Shown here piece after piece: positions 37,546 through 48,387 of a DNA stretch of 64,000 nt. Position 1 is the stretch's first letter. The number at the start of each line of letters is the position of its first letter. Origin of the DNA: Patescibacteria group bacterium (GTDB lineage: Bacteria; Patescibacteriota; Microgenomatia; Levybacterales; GWA1-39-11); assembly GCA_035549295.1 (NCBI GenBank), contig DASZRG010000036.1, positions 13,324 to 77,323 on the forward strand, read 5' to 3'. The position numbers and the translations under genes are program-made. Below the pieces are notes generated by a model. That model saw only the letters and a program-made list of their open reading frames with translations. It had not been told where the DNA came from and made no database searches.

Positions 37546-38307
37546 ATGGCGAAAAATTACAAAAAGATAGCACAAGAAGTTCGCAAAAAGGCACTATCCA
37601 TGATACATAAGGGTCAAACAGCCCACATAGCAAGTAACTTTAGCGTAGCCGACCTCGCTGTTACACTTTATGAAAATTTAGGCAAAAACGACCGTGTGGT
37701 CTGGAGTAAGGGCTGGGCCGCTGCAACGACTTATGTACTACTTGCTCGCAGAGGATACTTCCCAGAAAAAGATCTAGATAAATTTCCTAATCCGCCGTAC
37801 ATAAATCTCGTTGAATTTGGAGTCCCTGGCGTTGAGACAACTGCTGGCTCGATGGGTCATGGACTGCCAGTCGCGCTAGGAATCGCCTTGGGACAAAAAA
37901 AATTAGGAAATAAAGCTCGAGTTTTTTGCATCATGTCAGATGGTGAGCTAAATGAAGGCACAACATGGGAAAGCGTTATGATAGCCGCTCATCAAGAACT
38001 TGATAATTTGACAGTTCTTGTCGACCGGAATGGTTGGCAAGCAATGGGAAGGACTGAGGACGTTCTAAAGCTTGAGCCGATTGAGGATAAATTTAGAGCT
38101 TTTGGTTGGAACGCTGCTCGAGTTGGCGGCCATGACTATGAAGCAATGGAAAAGGAAATTTTGAAAAAAAACTCTCCTAAAAAACCGAATGTTATTATCT
38201 GCGACACCCTAAAAGGAAAAGGCGTTTCATTTATGGAAGATTCACTGGTATTTCACTATAAATATGTAGATGATGAAGTCTTTAGAAAGGCGATGGAAGA
38301 ACTATGA
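37546..38307 (+). CDS. Transketolase N-terminal (TPP-binding) subunit
   Basis: WSKG, GSMGHGLP, SDGELNEG..WE, VDRN..Q, KGKGVSFME; likely start 37546. Confidence 0.88.
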   Translation: MAKNYKKIAQEVRKKALSMIHKGQTAHIASNFSVADLAVTLYENLGKNDRVVWSKGWAAATTYVLLARRGYFPEKDLDKFPNPPYINLVEFGVPGVETTAGSMGHGLPVALGIALGQKKLGNKARVFCIMSDGELNEGTTWESVMIAAHQELDNLTVLVDRNGWQAMGRTEDVLKLEPIEDKFRAFGWNAARVGGHDYEAMEKEILKKNSPKKPNVIICDTLKGKGVSFMEDSLVFHYKYVDDEVFRKAMEEL

Positions 38308-38783
38308 TGCGACGACCCTTTATTGAAAAAATGACTGAGCTTGCCAAACGCGATGAACGAGTAATCCTTGTTATAGGAGACATGGGATTCACTTATATGC
38401 AAGACTATATTAAAGAATTTCCAAATCAGTTCCTAAACCCTGGAGTTGCAGAACAAACTATGATGGGTATGGTTTTTGGGCTTTCGAGAGCCGGATGGAA
38501 ACCGTATGTCTATACAATGCTTAACTTCATCATCTTTAGACCTTACGAACAATTGAGAAATGACATTTGCCATCAAAATGCAAACGTAAAACTCTTTGGC
38601 GTCGGGGGAAGTGCAGGTTATAATTTTGACGGAATGGGTCACAACGTTGAAAAGGGTGAGACAGAACAACTATTGTCACATTTACCAAATCTTAAGAGAT
38701 ATTATCCCAAAACGGATGCTGAAACGAAAAGGTTTATGGAAGAAGAATACAACCGCGAAGGCCCCTCCTTTATGGAGCTTTAA
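38304..38783 (+). CDS. Transketolase pyrimidine-binding subunit, lacking the C-terminal domain
   Basis: NPGVAEQ.MMG, RPYEQLRNDIC, GMGH; ends at GPSFMEL. Confidence 0.8.
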   Translation: MMRRPFIEKMTELAKRDERVILVIGDMGFTYMQDYIKEFPNQFLNPGVAEQTMMGMVFGLSRAGWKPYVYTMLNFIIFRPYEQLRNDICHQNANVKLFGVGGSAGYNFDGMGHNVEKGETEQLLSHLPNLKRYYPKTDAETKRFMEEEYNREGPSFMEL

Positions 38784-38786
38784 TTT

Positions 38787-41246
38787 TTAAATCCCCATCG
38801 AGTCTTCGACTTGTTTTATTTTCATTGCCATTTTAAGAACACTATCCGCATTAAGAGAAATGGAATCAATCCCCTCTTTTACTAAAAATTCAGCAAGCTC
38901 CGGAAAGTCTGATGGACCCTGTCCGCATATTCCCACTTTAAGACCTACGCTATGCGCTCTTTTTATAAGATCAGAAATTTGCTTATGAACTGCTCGATCA
39001 TTTTCATTACCAATATGGGCTATTAATTTGGAGTCACGGTCAAGGCCCAGAGTCAACTGGGTCAAATCATTTGATCCTATCGAAAAACCATCAAATATAT
39101 CAGCAAAATCTTCAACCAACAGAATGTTTGAAGGGACTTCTGCCATAACCCATACATGTAAATTCTCATCCAATTCCTCTTTGTTCTGCATGTTTTTTTC
39201 TTTATCATGCGTCAGTCCATTTTTGGCCATTTCTTGTATAACTTTTTCTCCCTCTTCAGGAGTTCTACAGAATGGAACCATGACTTGAAGATTGATAAGG
39301 CCCATTTCAGTCCTAACTTTTTTGACGGCTCGACACTCAAGCGCGAAAGCTTCTGCAAATTGGGGATCAGTATAACGCGACGCACCACGAAAACCTATCA
39401 TGGGATTGTCTTCAAATGGCTCAAATTGTTTACCTCCTATAAGTCCCGCATACTCATTGGATTTAAAATCTGAAAATCTAAGAAGAACTTCATGTGGATA
39501 GAAAGCAGAAGCCATGATTGCTATTCCATAAGAAAGCTTGTCTACATAATAATCAACCCTATTTGAATATCCAACCGTAAGAACATCTATTTGGCGTTTT
39601 ACCTCTGGGTCATTTAGAGAATCGTATTTTATGAGTGCATTAGGATGAATTTTTATAAAGTTTGAAATAATAAATTCCTCACGAGCAAGCCCTACGCCAT
39701 TATTTGGAATAAATGAATAGTTAAAAGCCAGTTCAGGATCTGCTGCGATCATCTTAATCTTTGTCTTCGGAAGATGAAAATTGTGGAGATCTATCTTGTC
39801 TATCCTGAACTGCAATATACCTTCATAAACATTCCCCAATTCTCCCTCTGCGCATGAAACCGTGATATCTTCACCATCGAGAATAACTTTTGTGGCTTCT
39901 CCACATCCAACAATCGCAGGAATCCCCAGTTCGCGAGAAACAATTGCAGCATGACTTGTTCGGCCACCCGAATTAGTAACTATTGCAGATGCAATTTTCA
40001 TAATTGGCTCCCAGTCAGGATCTGTGATTTCAGCAATTAAAACCTCTCCTTTTTGAAATTTACTAAGCTCTGATGGATCTTTTATGTATCGCGCCTTACC
40101 CTGACCAATTTTTTTACCAACTGCAGCACCTTGGATTAAAACTCTGCTTTTTTCAATGAGTACATATTCTTCAAGAGATGCATTATCTCGCCTCGCCTGA
40201 ACTGTCTCGGGCCTTGCCTGCACGATATAAAGCTCATTTTCACTTGCGTCATAGGCCCATTCGATATCCATTGGCTTACCGTAATGAGCCTCTATCATCG
40301 TTCCCCATTTGGCGAGTTTTAAAACTAAGTCATCTGATAATACAAAAATCTGTCTTTCATTCAAAGCAACTGGAACATCTTTCGTTGGGGAATTTGTCCC
40401 TTCGTTTGCATATATAAGCTTTTTTTCTTTTGAACCGAGTTTTTTGTCTATAATTGCATGAAATCCTTTCTTAAGAGTTGGTTTGAAAACCATAAATTCA
40501 TCGGGTGTTACTATACCCTTAACCACATACTCTCCGAGACCCCAAGACCCATTGATAAGAACTACGTTTCTAAATCCACTTTCTGTATCGAGAGTAAACA
40601 TGACACCACTTGCTCCACGGTCAGACCTTGCCATCTTTTGAACTGCGACAGATAAGGCAATCTTAAAATGATCAAATTTTTGATCAACGCGATACGATAT
40701 CGCGCGATTTGTAAAAAGTGATGCTATAGCTTTCCTGATAGCATCGAGAAGTGCTCGCTCACCCCGAATATTAAGATATGATTCTTGTTGGCCGGCAAAC
40801 GATGCATCAGGTAGATCTTCTGCCGTTGCAGATGACCTGACTGCAACATCAAGATCTGAAGCGTTTATGTTGAGATGCTTTGCGAGTGAATTATACGCAT
40901 CAATTATCGCTATAGTCATCTCCTCTGGAAACTCAGATGAAATAATCAACTCGCGAATTTTCCGACCAGCCTCTTCAAGCTGCTTTATTTCCTGAATGTT
41001 CAGGCTATCTAATATATCTTGAATTTTACGATCTAATTCATTCTTTTCGATAAAGAATTTATAGGCATATGCAGTTACAGCAAATCCAAACGGAACATTT
41101 ATTTTTTCATCTGGAAACATCTCGCTTGAAGCCTGAGTAAGATTGCGGTACATCTCACCTAAATTAGCATTCTTTCCACCGACAAGTGTAATATCGTTTT
41201 TGTCAATCTCATCAAACCACAAAATAAACTTCTTATCGCGATCCAT
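38787..41246 (-). CDS. ppsA: Phosphoenolpyruvate synthase
   Basis: VGGKNANLGEM, AVRSSATAEDLP.ASFAGQ, GGRTSHAAIVSRELG, FSIGSNDLTQ, GICGQGPSD. Confidence 0.96.
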   Translation of the reverse strand: MDRDKKFILWFDEIDKNDITLVGGKNANLGEMYRNLTQASSEMFPDEKINVPFGFAVTAYAYKFFIEKNELDRKIQDILDSLNIQEIKQLEEAGRKIRELIISSEFPEEMTIAIIDAYNSLAKHLNINASDLDVAVRSSATAEDLPDASFAGQQESYLNIRGERALLDAIRKAIASLFTNRAISYRVDQKFDHFKIALSVAVQKMARSDRGASGVMFTLDTESGFRNVVLINGSWGLGEYVVKGIVTPDEFMVFKPTLKKGFHAIIDKKLGSKEKKLIYANEGTNSPTKDVPVALNERQIFVLSDDLVLKLAKWGTMIEAHYGKPMDIEWAYDASENELYIVQARPETVQARRDNASLEEYVLIEKSRVLIQGAAVGKKIGQGKARYIKDPSELSKFQKGEVLIAEITDPDWEPIMKIASAIVTNSGGRTSHAAIVSRELGIPAIVGCGEATKVILDGEDITVSCAEGELGNVYEGILQFRIDKIDLHNFHLPKTKIKMIAADPELAFNYSFIPNNGVGLAREEFIISNFIKIHPNALIKYDSLNDPEVKRQIDVLTVGYSNRVDYYVDKLSYGIAIMASAFYPHEVLLRFSDFKSNEYAGLIGGKQFEPFEDNPMIGFRGASRYTDPQFAEAFALECRAVKKVRTEMGLINLQVMVPFCRTPEEGEKVIQEMAKNGLTHDKEKNMQNKEELDENLHVWVMAEVPSNILLVEDFADIFDGFSIGSNDLTQLTLGLDRDSKLIAHIGNENDRAVHKQISDLIKRAHSVGLKVGICGQGPSDFPELAEFLVKEGIDSISLNADSVLKMAMKIKQVEDSMGI

Positions 41247-41329
41247 ATATTAATCGTATATCATTTAAAAACTTGCGTAAATAGGTAAATAAAATGATAG
41301 AATTACAAAATCTTATTAGGCGCGATTTT

Positions 41330-43081
41330 ATGAAAAATAAATGGGTTTTATTTGTACTTATATTTGCATTGGCTGCATTTTTTAGACTATACAAACTCGA
41401 CTCAGTACCTCCAGGCCTACATATCGATGAGCTACCATTTGGCTATAACGCATATTCCATCCTTACGACTGGAAAAGATGAATTTGGGGTAAAAATGCCG
41501 ATGGTACTCCGAGCTTATGACGACTTCAGACCCGCACTACTATCTTATCTAATAATACCCTTTATAAAACTTTTTGGATTGAATATTTTAAGTATTAGAC
41601 TTCCAAATGTTATTCTTTCACTTATCTCAATATATGCTTTATATGAACTAACATATTTATTTGTACTTCTTGCATCCGAAAAAACGAAAACCAAACTACT
41701 AAAAGAAAAAGCTAAATATATTGCGCTATCAACCATTTTTCTTTTTGCAATTTCGCCATGGAATATATATCTGTCAAGAATCGCAATTGATACAAACGTA
41801 AGTTTTTCCCTATTTCTTTTTGGTCTTTTATTTTTATTTAAGTTCTTAAATAGTAAATTGACAAAACACTTATTATTTTCACTTTTATTTTTGTTTGCAA
41901 CATTTTTCTCATACAACGGGATTAAGTTGTTCCTTCCTGAGTTTTTAATTGCAACTTTTTTTGTTTTCTACAAACCTCTTACCCTAAAAAAAATAAATAT
42001 TACTCTGTTAATTTCATTTATTGTCATCATTTCGATGTTTTACCTTTTGGTTAACAAAAATTCAAATGGGCTTATGCGGCTGAATTCTATAAATTACGTT
42101 GCGCAAAGTCGTGATTATATACAAAATACGACATCGAAAAGAATAGTTTATGACGATCAAAATAAAGATATCATTGGCTCAATTTTTGATAATAGAAGGC
42201 TTTCATGGATTCCATACTTGGCCACAAATTATTTTGTGAACATTAATCCGTCATGGCTATATACAGACGATGGCACTCACTATACATACCGAATACCAGG
42301 CGTAGGTTTGTTTAATTTTTTTGAAATATCAATTCTTGTTGCAGGATTATTTTTTATCATTAAGTCAATAAAAACAAAGTTTTTAGTATTTATTTTTTTA
42401 TGGATTGGTGTTTCTATAATTCCCGCAGCACTCACAACAGATGCACCTAATGCATCCAGAATTTATCAATTACTTCCGCCATTACTCATGATTGAGGGAT
42501 ATGGGGCGTATGGGATTTTGGGGTGGTTAGGTAATTTGCAAAATAGTCAAATAAAAGCGCTATTATATTCTAGTTTTTGTTTGGTGTTATTAATATCTAT
42601 TCTGTGGCTTTATCATTCATACTTTACCCTTCTTCCCTATGAGAAATCATCAACTTATAACTACGGCGCTTCAAGCGCAATGATTTACGCAAAGGAAAGT
42701 GCCGGAAAATATAAAAATATTATTGTTTCAAGAAATGGCAATTTGAACTTTTCTTATATGTATTTTCTTTTCTTCAACAAATATAATCCAGGAAAATACA
42801 TAAGTTCTGGCGGAACAAAATCGGGAGGATTTTTAGTAGACCACAAGATTGAAAAATACTTGTTTACCAATCCAGGTTTAGTATTTAAAAATGTTAGCCA
42901 AAAATTTGATACTCCACTAGATTATAAAACCAACAAACAAACGCTCTACGTAGTGGATGCTTCGGATTTACCAGTTGATGAAACTGCAAAAAGGAAATAT
43001 TTGGATAAATTTAAAACGCTGAGAGTTTTTAATCTGTTAAATGGGGATCCCGCGATATACGCTCTGACCGGAAAAAACTAG
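41330..43081 (+). CDS. Glycosyltransferase family 39 (GT-C)
   Basis: RLYKL..VPPGL..DE..GYNAYSIL.TGKDEFG, SPW; multi-TM; very AT-rich. Confidence 0.85.
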   Translation: MKNKWVLFVLIFALAAFFRLYKLDSVPPGLHIDELPFGYNAYSILTTGKDEFGVKMPMVLRAYDDFRPALLSYLIIPFIKLFGLNILSIRLPNVILSLISIYALYELTYLFVLLASEKTKTKLLKEKAKYIALSTIFLFAISPWNIYLSRIAIDTNVSFSLFLFGLLFLFKFLNSKLTKHLLFSLLFLFATFFSYNGIKLFLPEFLIATFFVFYKPLTLKKINITLLISFIVIISMFYLLVNKNSNGLMRLNSINYVAQSRDYIQNTTSKRIVYDDQNKDIIGSIFDNRRLSWIPYLATNYFVNINPSWLYTDDGTHYTYRIPGVGLFNFFEISILVAGLFFIIKSIKTKFLVFIFLWIGVSIIPAALTTDAPNASRIYQLLPPLLMIEGYGAYGILGWLGNLQNSQIKALLYSSFCLVLLISILWLYHSYFTLLPYEKSSTYNYGASSAMIYAKESAGKYKNIIVSRNGNLNFSYMYFLFFNKYNPGKYISSGGTKSGGFLVDHKIEKYLFTNPGLVFKNVSQKFDTPLDYKTNKQTLYVVDASDLPVDETAKRKYLDKFKTLRVFNLLNGDPAIYALTGKN

Positions 43082-43095
43082 GACTAGGAGTTAAA

Positions 43096-43767
43096 TTAGT
43101 TAATAACAACAGCAGCAGGTAAAACTACACCTTGAATATCATCAGATGTTGAGTAGATGTGAACGTCATATGTACCCTTTTTAAGGTTATAAAAGTCGGT
43201 TAATATTTTTGTTGAGAAATCTCCGCCGACATAATTTCCACCAATGCTTGGAACGAGCTCTACTCGAGTATTTTGAGTAAATCCTGATCCATCAACTTCA
43301 ATATTTGTAATGAAGTTACAACTTGATGAAGTACATGGGTGAACAATTACTGCTGTAACTGTTGGCTTTGGTTTGTTGGAATTATCGTTGTTTCCTCCAC
43401 CATTATTGTTGCCTCCTCCGGAATTTCCGCCACCACCGCTTGATGAACCTCCACCTGAACCAGGATTTGAAGGTTTGTGAGAATTCCAAAAAGCTGTAAC
43501 CGCATCACAATCTTTTTTAGGAACGCGGATTGTCTTTCCATCAGGCATTGAACAACTTACGATACTATTGGCAGGATTAAAGAAGAATGAGATGATTTGA
43601 TTTACTTTTGCACCAAGAACTTTTTTCTTTGGGGGTACAACCTTTTTTGGTTGAACTTTTTTTACAACTACAGGTTTTTTAGGTGCTTTTGCACTAACGT
43701 GTGAGAACACAACCGGAACGGCTATGAAATAAGTGAGCAAAAGGGCTGCAAATAAAGCCTTTTTCAT
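43096..43767 (-). CDS. Secreted hypothetical protein with Gly/Asn linker and Ig-like C-terminal domain
   Basis: Signal peptide, Lys/Pro/Val stretch, GGGSSSGGGG linker, GSGF...GTYDVHI. Confidence 0.6.
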   Translation of the reverse strand: MKKALFAALLLTYFIAVPVVFSHVSAKAPKKPVVVKKVQPKKVVPPKKKVLGAKVNQIISFFFNPANSIVSCSMPDGKTIRVPKKDCDAVTAFWNSHKPSNPGSGGGSSSGGGGNSGGGNNNGGGNNDNSNKPKPTVTAVIVHPCTSSSCNFITNIEVDGSGFTQNTRVELVPSIGGNYVGGDFSTKILTDFYNLKKGTYDVHIYSTSDDIQGVVLPAAVVIN

Positions 43768-43903
43768 ACAACCACCGGATTATAACAGAAATACCTTAAT
43801 TTGTCAACTATAGGATAGTAACTTAGGCGTTTAAGGCTATTCCAGGACCGATTTCGCAGTTTGGATTGTTCATGTTAGAAATAATTTTGCTATAATCGTC
43901 AAA

Positions 43904-44359
43904 ATGCAACAATATGAGAGAGGCGAAGGCATCATCCCTTCTCGCCAAGAAAGATTTGCCGATGTACTAAGCCACCTTGCAACATTACCTGCAGCACACT
44001 CGTCTCTCGAGGCTTATGGACAACTTTCAGAAGCGATAAATGCAGCAGAAGACAGAATGTTTGGAGTAGATTCTTGGGCGCCTCCAAGAACATTTCTTGA
44101 CGGACAAAGAAGCGAACGACTATATACGATCTATACGGAAAGTTTTCATCACGTCGATGGATTTGCAGGAGTTACATTGATGATTGCTAAACGTGAACTT
44201 GTATTTGTAAGTCGATTTGGCGCGATACAAGTACAGAGCAAGATACCAGACGATCCATACGGTAGAAGCAAACATTTTTCCGACAGACCAGAAACTGTCA
44301 TTTGGAATAAAGAAGATGCCTATGGCGATGACGTATGGCACGATAAAAACAAAGCCTAG
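43904..44359 (+). CDS. Hypothetical protein
   Basis: 151-aa ORF with TGcTATAAT 7 nt upstream. Confidence 0.7.
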   Translation: MQQYERGEGIIPSRQERFADVLSHLATLPAAHSSLEAYGQLSEAINAAEDRMFGVDSWAPPRTFLDGQRSERLYTIYTESFHHVDGFAGVTLMIAKRELVFVSRFGAIQVQSKIPDDPYGRSKHFSDRPETVIWNKEDAYGDDVWHDKNKA

Positions 44360-44363
44360 AACG

Positions 44364-45341
44364 TTATTTTATAGATTCGAATGAAGTCTCAATCTCACCA
44401 ATTTTTGCTTGAAGCGTTTTGACCATTTCTGGATTGCTGCGCGAATCATAATATCCGAGGATTGATTGGGCAAAAAACAACTCATAAAGATACATTTTCT
44501 TCATAAAATCACCCTCAAAAATTTCCTTATTATCGTAACCTTCTTTTAAGGCGCTGAAGAATGGCTCTGCGCCTTGTGTCCAGAAATGATGCCACGCAAT
44601 ATCTTGCACCGGATCGCCTACCATGCAATTCTCCATATCAACAATTCCAACAATCCTTCTATCTTTCACGATAGTATTTTTAAGTGACGCATCTCCATGA
44701 AGAAGACTAGCATGAGGTAGATCAAACAATTTCTTATTTTCGTCAAACAGTCTTCTATACTTTTGCACTTTTTCGTCAGATAATAGTCCTTTTCCCACCA
44801 AAACTTCTTCCCGCCATGGTGCGTCAAGATCTGAAACCAAGGATTCCCACTGACTATTAAATTTGCCAACTAATTGACCATTTTTAACTTGTGGTTCGCG
44901 GCCAAAACCATCAAGCTTAATACCATGAATTAAAGATAGAAAATGTCCGAGCTGTTTTATAAGTGATGCGCCTTCTGCGTCTGTTGACCAAGACTGATGC
45001 CCGGCAGTTCCGTCAATCTTTTTTGTTATCATAAATGCTTCAGGAAAAATCTCCAGTGAATCATCTAATGCAATTACCTCAGGCGTTGGAACACCCACCT
45101 TGCGACACATATTGAAAGCGAGTGTTTCGATTCTAAAAGAATTTCCACCACGTTCTTCAGGCGCGACACGCACTACGCATTCTTGCCCGTCTTCAGTTTT
45201 TATAAAATAAACAGCGTTTACTTCACCTAAATCTTGTCTTTCTAAGAGGCGTACTTTAGACTTAACTATTTTCTCAACAAGACCTTTAACATCATCATCT
45301 ACATGTGATGGCTTGTATGACTTAAAACCACTGTTACTCAC
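44364..45341 (-). CDS. Aminoglycoside phosphotransferase (APH)-family kinase
   Basis: VPTPEV, LHGDASLKN, IVDME, GDP.QD. Confidence 0.85.
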   Translation of the reverse strand: MSNSGFKSYKPSHVDDDVKGLVEKIVKSKVRLLERQDLGEVNAVYFIKTEDGQECVVRVAPEERGGNSFRIETLAFNMCRKVGVPTPEVIALDDSLEIFPEAFMITKKIDGTAGHQSWSTDAEGASLIKQLGHFLSLIHGIKLDGFGREPQVKNGQLVGKFNSQWESLVSDLDAPWREEVLVGKGLLSDEKVQKYRRLFDENKKLFDLPHASLLHGDASLKNTIVKDRRIVGIVDMENCMVGDPVQDIAWHHFWTQGAEPFFSALKEGYDNKEIFEGDFMKKMYLYELFFAQSILGYYDSRSNPEMVKTLQAKIGEIETSFESIK

Positions 45342-45421
45342 CCGAAAATTATATCACCAGCAAGTAAGAATACTGATAGATAAACGGTAGGACCTATCTA
45401 AGTGATCGCTAGAACTATAAT

Positions 45422-45916
45422 CTACTTAGCGTGCTTTGAGGATCTTGCCTGAGATAATTGTTTTGTTGACACGGACTTTTCAACTCTCGACCCTATATTT
45501 ATAAGGAAAACTGCTAGTACCCCCAAAATTATTCCCAATATTTGAATCGCGTTTAATTTATCTCTAAAAATAAAAAATGCAATTATTGCTACAACTGCTG
45601 ATTGCATACCAGCCGCAATCGCAAGAGCTAGACCAGGATTCGGTGCGTCATTTGCAGCCTGGAAAATAGTTACATTACCAATAGTACTCAGTATTCCTAT
45701 AGCAATGATTATTAAAAGCACAGTTAAATTAAGCTCAATCTTCGTGTGCGAAAAAATAAATGTTTGTGAAATATAATAAATTGCCGGAATTATTCCTAAA
45801 CCAATCAGAACAAAATAAACCGGAAGTCCTCTTCTGGTTAGATATGTAATAAGGATCGACATCAGTGAAAGTGAAAACAAAGAGATAATTGCAAGACCAA
45901 ACCAATTTAATTTCAT
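45422..45916 (-). CDS. EamA/DMT-family small membrane protein
   Basis: Five TM segments; FIFRDKLNAIQILGII. Confidence 0.7.
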   Translation of the reverse strand: MKLNWFGLAIISLFSLSLMSILITYLTRRGLPVYFVLIGLGIIPAIYYISQTFIFSHTKIELNLTVLLIIIAIGILSTIGNVTIFQAANDAPNPGLALAIAAGMQSAVVAIIAFFIFRDKLNAIQILGIILGVLAVFLINIGSRVEKSVSTKQLSQARSSKHAK

Positions 45917-45925
45917 ATATTCATT

Positions 45926-47296
45926 TTACAATATTCCTCTTGCAGACAAATTACTTCTTAACATATCCGCCGATGCATATTGAACTCCTTCGATTCCAAC
46001 CTCTTTTGCTGATTCAACATAACTCGCAATATCATCAATGAAAAAGCATGCTTGAGGGGGCACCCACATTTTAAGAGCGGCGATTCTAAACATCTCATGA
46101 TCTGTTGATCTTTTCTTGCTAGCACCAACTTCGGGCGACAGTATAACCTGATCAAAATCCTGATATAACCCTGCTGCTGACAGCACTCTTGCGTGTGAGG
46201 GAATAGTATCTGATACAGCGGCTAATTTATATCCATGAGACTTTAAGTCTTTGATGATTGCGCGAACTTCAGGGTCCTCGGTGGTCCTGAGTCTTCTCCA
46301 TGATAAATCCAGGTAATTTGGAGGTAGGGGTTTATTAACTTTTCTAGAAAACAATTCCCACATTTCGTCCTCAGATATCTGTCCGATTTGCAATGAAGGC
46401 GTTGAGGAAGGCCACGCAGCAGCAGCATCTTCGGTCGAGATACCAAAAGAGGCTGCAATATCAGGAATAAGCTCTGTTTCAGGATCAGGCAAAAGAACAT
46501 TGCCAATGTCAAATATTATGCTAGAAATCGGTGACTCAAATTCTTCCGCAGCGATCTCTTCTTTTATGTCCTTCATGTCTGCGCCATTTTCGCTTGACCA
46601 TGTTCTCAATCTTTCATAAACACGCTCACAATAATCAATAAATTGCTGACTCTTTTTTCGCTCGCTGGGATACAGCTCGTCACCTGTCACAAGTCTTGAT
46701 GTACGATGATAGACCATAACCTCATCATAAGTTGTTACTGTTCCATCATCTCGCCTTTTACCATGTATATCTGCAAGCTCTATAATTCGCTGATACGGAG
46801 TAAGTTGGGAAAAAGTTTCGGCAACCTCATCCACGTCTTGAGGGTCTTTATTCATATAGACCGATAAACTGGGCAATTTATCAAGTACATCCCTTCTTAC
46901 GCCCATGTTCTTAAACTCCAGGTTTTCGATGATGTCGTTTCTGAAAAAACGGTTCGTTGTGAATCTTCCAAAATCATGCAAAAGCGCCAATGATTCAAGT
47001 TCATCCAAATTGAGATATTGATATTCCTCAGAGCCTGAGGCTTTTAAGTGTTGGCCTATTTTTCTCGCAAATTTCGCGGTCAACTGAAGATGCTCATGTA
47101 ATTTATAATTTTCAACAGTAACTGGTGCAACTGCTTGGACCAATTTCCTAGTGGTTTCAACATCCGTTGACCCAAAAGATTTTCCTTCGACTACTAATGC
47201 GCTTCCTGCAATAATTGGAATACCAATTTCAACAACCTGCTCCATCCGTTGTCTAGTCGCCATTCTATCTTGAAATCTTTTATCTTGCTCTGACAT
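45926..47296 (-). CDS. HD-domain / HAD phosphatase fusion
   Basis: HEHL...LLHDFGR...ELAD, then IIFDIGNVL, VSDT, FFIDD. Confidence 0.78.
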   Translation of the reverse strand: MSEQDKRFQDRMATRQRMEQVVEIGIPIIAGSALVVEGKSFGSTDVETTRKLVQAVAPVTVENYKLHEHLQLTAKFARKIGQHLKASGSEEYQYLNLDELESLALLHDFGRFTTNRFFRNDIIENLEFKNMGVRRDVLDKLPSLSVYMNKDPQDVDEVAETFSQLTPYQRIIELADIHGKRRDDGTVTTYDEVMVYHRTSRLVTGDELYPSERKKSQQFIDYCERVYERLRTWSSENGADMKDIKEEIAAEEFESPISSIIFDIGNVLLPDPETELIPDIAASFGISTEDAAAAWPSSTPSLQIGQISEDEMWELFSRKVNKPLPPNYLDLSWRRLRTTEDPEVRAIIKDLKSHGYKLAAVSDTIPSHARVLSAAGLYQDFDQVILSPEVGASKKRSTDHEMFRIAALKMWVPPQACFFIDDIASYVESAKEVGIEGVQYASADMLRSNLSARGIL

Positions 47297-47334
47297 GATG
47301 CTATTATACAGTTTTTATTAAGTATTCTTAAAAA

Positions 47335-48333
47335 CTAAGGGATAAAGCTTTTGATTGCTGAAGAATCTAGGGTGTAGGCGCGGACGAATGAGTCATCGAC
47401 GTGTGCATAGAGAATACCTTGACCTTGAGTAGTCTCAATGAATTGACTTGCGAATGTTATAGTACGAGCTTCTGTATCTTGAATAATAGGTCTTTCTGAA
47501 ACCCACTCTATTTTTCCTTCTTCATAGTTGTAAATCATAAGTCCAACAGAAAATATTCCGCGTGTTACTCGATCCGCAGCATCGCGCTCTCGACCATTTA
47601 TGATACCGACGAGTCGATCTTCACCAATATCTATAAAAGTTCTCGGAAGCAATGGACCAGGTGACGCATGACCACCTATCCAAGCGTATTCACTTTTGAT
47701 TGGATGAAAAACAACATCTCCATATTTCCAGTCACTTCTTGGATTTGGGGCCTTTGCAACCATGATAGTAGAATAATATGTATCTCCAATCGATTCTTGA
47801 GACTCTATTAAATTTAGCCGAATGCCATCTCGATTGATGGGCGCAATAGATAACTCTTTTGCGCCGCGTTTATTTGTTGGTGTTGGTGAAAGGAGAGCTC
47901 CTGTCATACGAAGTGAATCAAGACCTGATCCCTCAGCATGCCCTAAATGGACGTGGGTGTACTTTTTATAATTATCTCGAAGCGGAATTGTAAAATAAAC
48001 GTGGGTTTTGCCGTCATCTGGATCGATCCAAATATCCGGATCCTCAAGTCCCATAAATTCAAGGTCTGACCCAAGCGACTTAACAATCTCAATTTCGTCT
48101 TGAACGTTTATTTTTCCTAAAATTTTAAATTGCTCAAGACTATCACCTCTCACTAAGTGGAGTTCGGAACGATCAACATTTCCTAACTTTGTTATATCTC
48201 CACTTCTTCCAACAACACATCTGACAAGTCCTTCGTGATAATTTGTTGTGGGATCAAGCGACAGAGCCATAACATGGTTAAATTTACCCCGCTCAACGAC
48301 CATCCCATCATGCTGTATAAACCCCTCTTTCAT
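47335..48333 (-). CDS. Beta-propeller glycoside hydrolase-like protein (GH130/GH43-like)
   Basis: GLEDPDIW, HVYFT, ITFAS...LYAHVDDS. Confidence 0.55.
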   Translation of the reverse strand: MKEGFIQHDGMVVERGKFNHVMALSLDPTTNYHEGLVRCVVGRSGDITKLGNVDRSELHLVRGDSLEQFKILGKINVQDEIEIVKSLGSDLEFMGLEDPDIWIDPDDGKTHVYFTIPLRDNYKKYTHVHLGHAEGSGLDSLRMTGALLSPTPTNKRGAKELSIAPINRDGIRLNLIESQESIGDTYYSTIMVAKAPNPRSDWKYGDVVFHPIKSEYAWIGGHASPGPLLPRTFIDIGEDRLVGIINGRERDAADRVTRGIFSVGLMIYNYEEGKIEWVSERPIIQDTEARTITFASQFIETTQGQGILYAHVDDSFVRAYTLDSSAIKSFIP

Positions 48334-48387
48334 GAGAAATAATTATATCACTCAATCAATATTCAGAATTTAAAAGTTTATGGAGGA

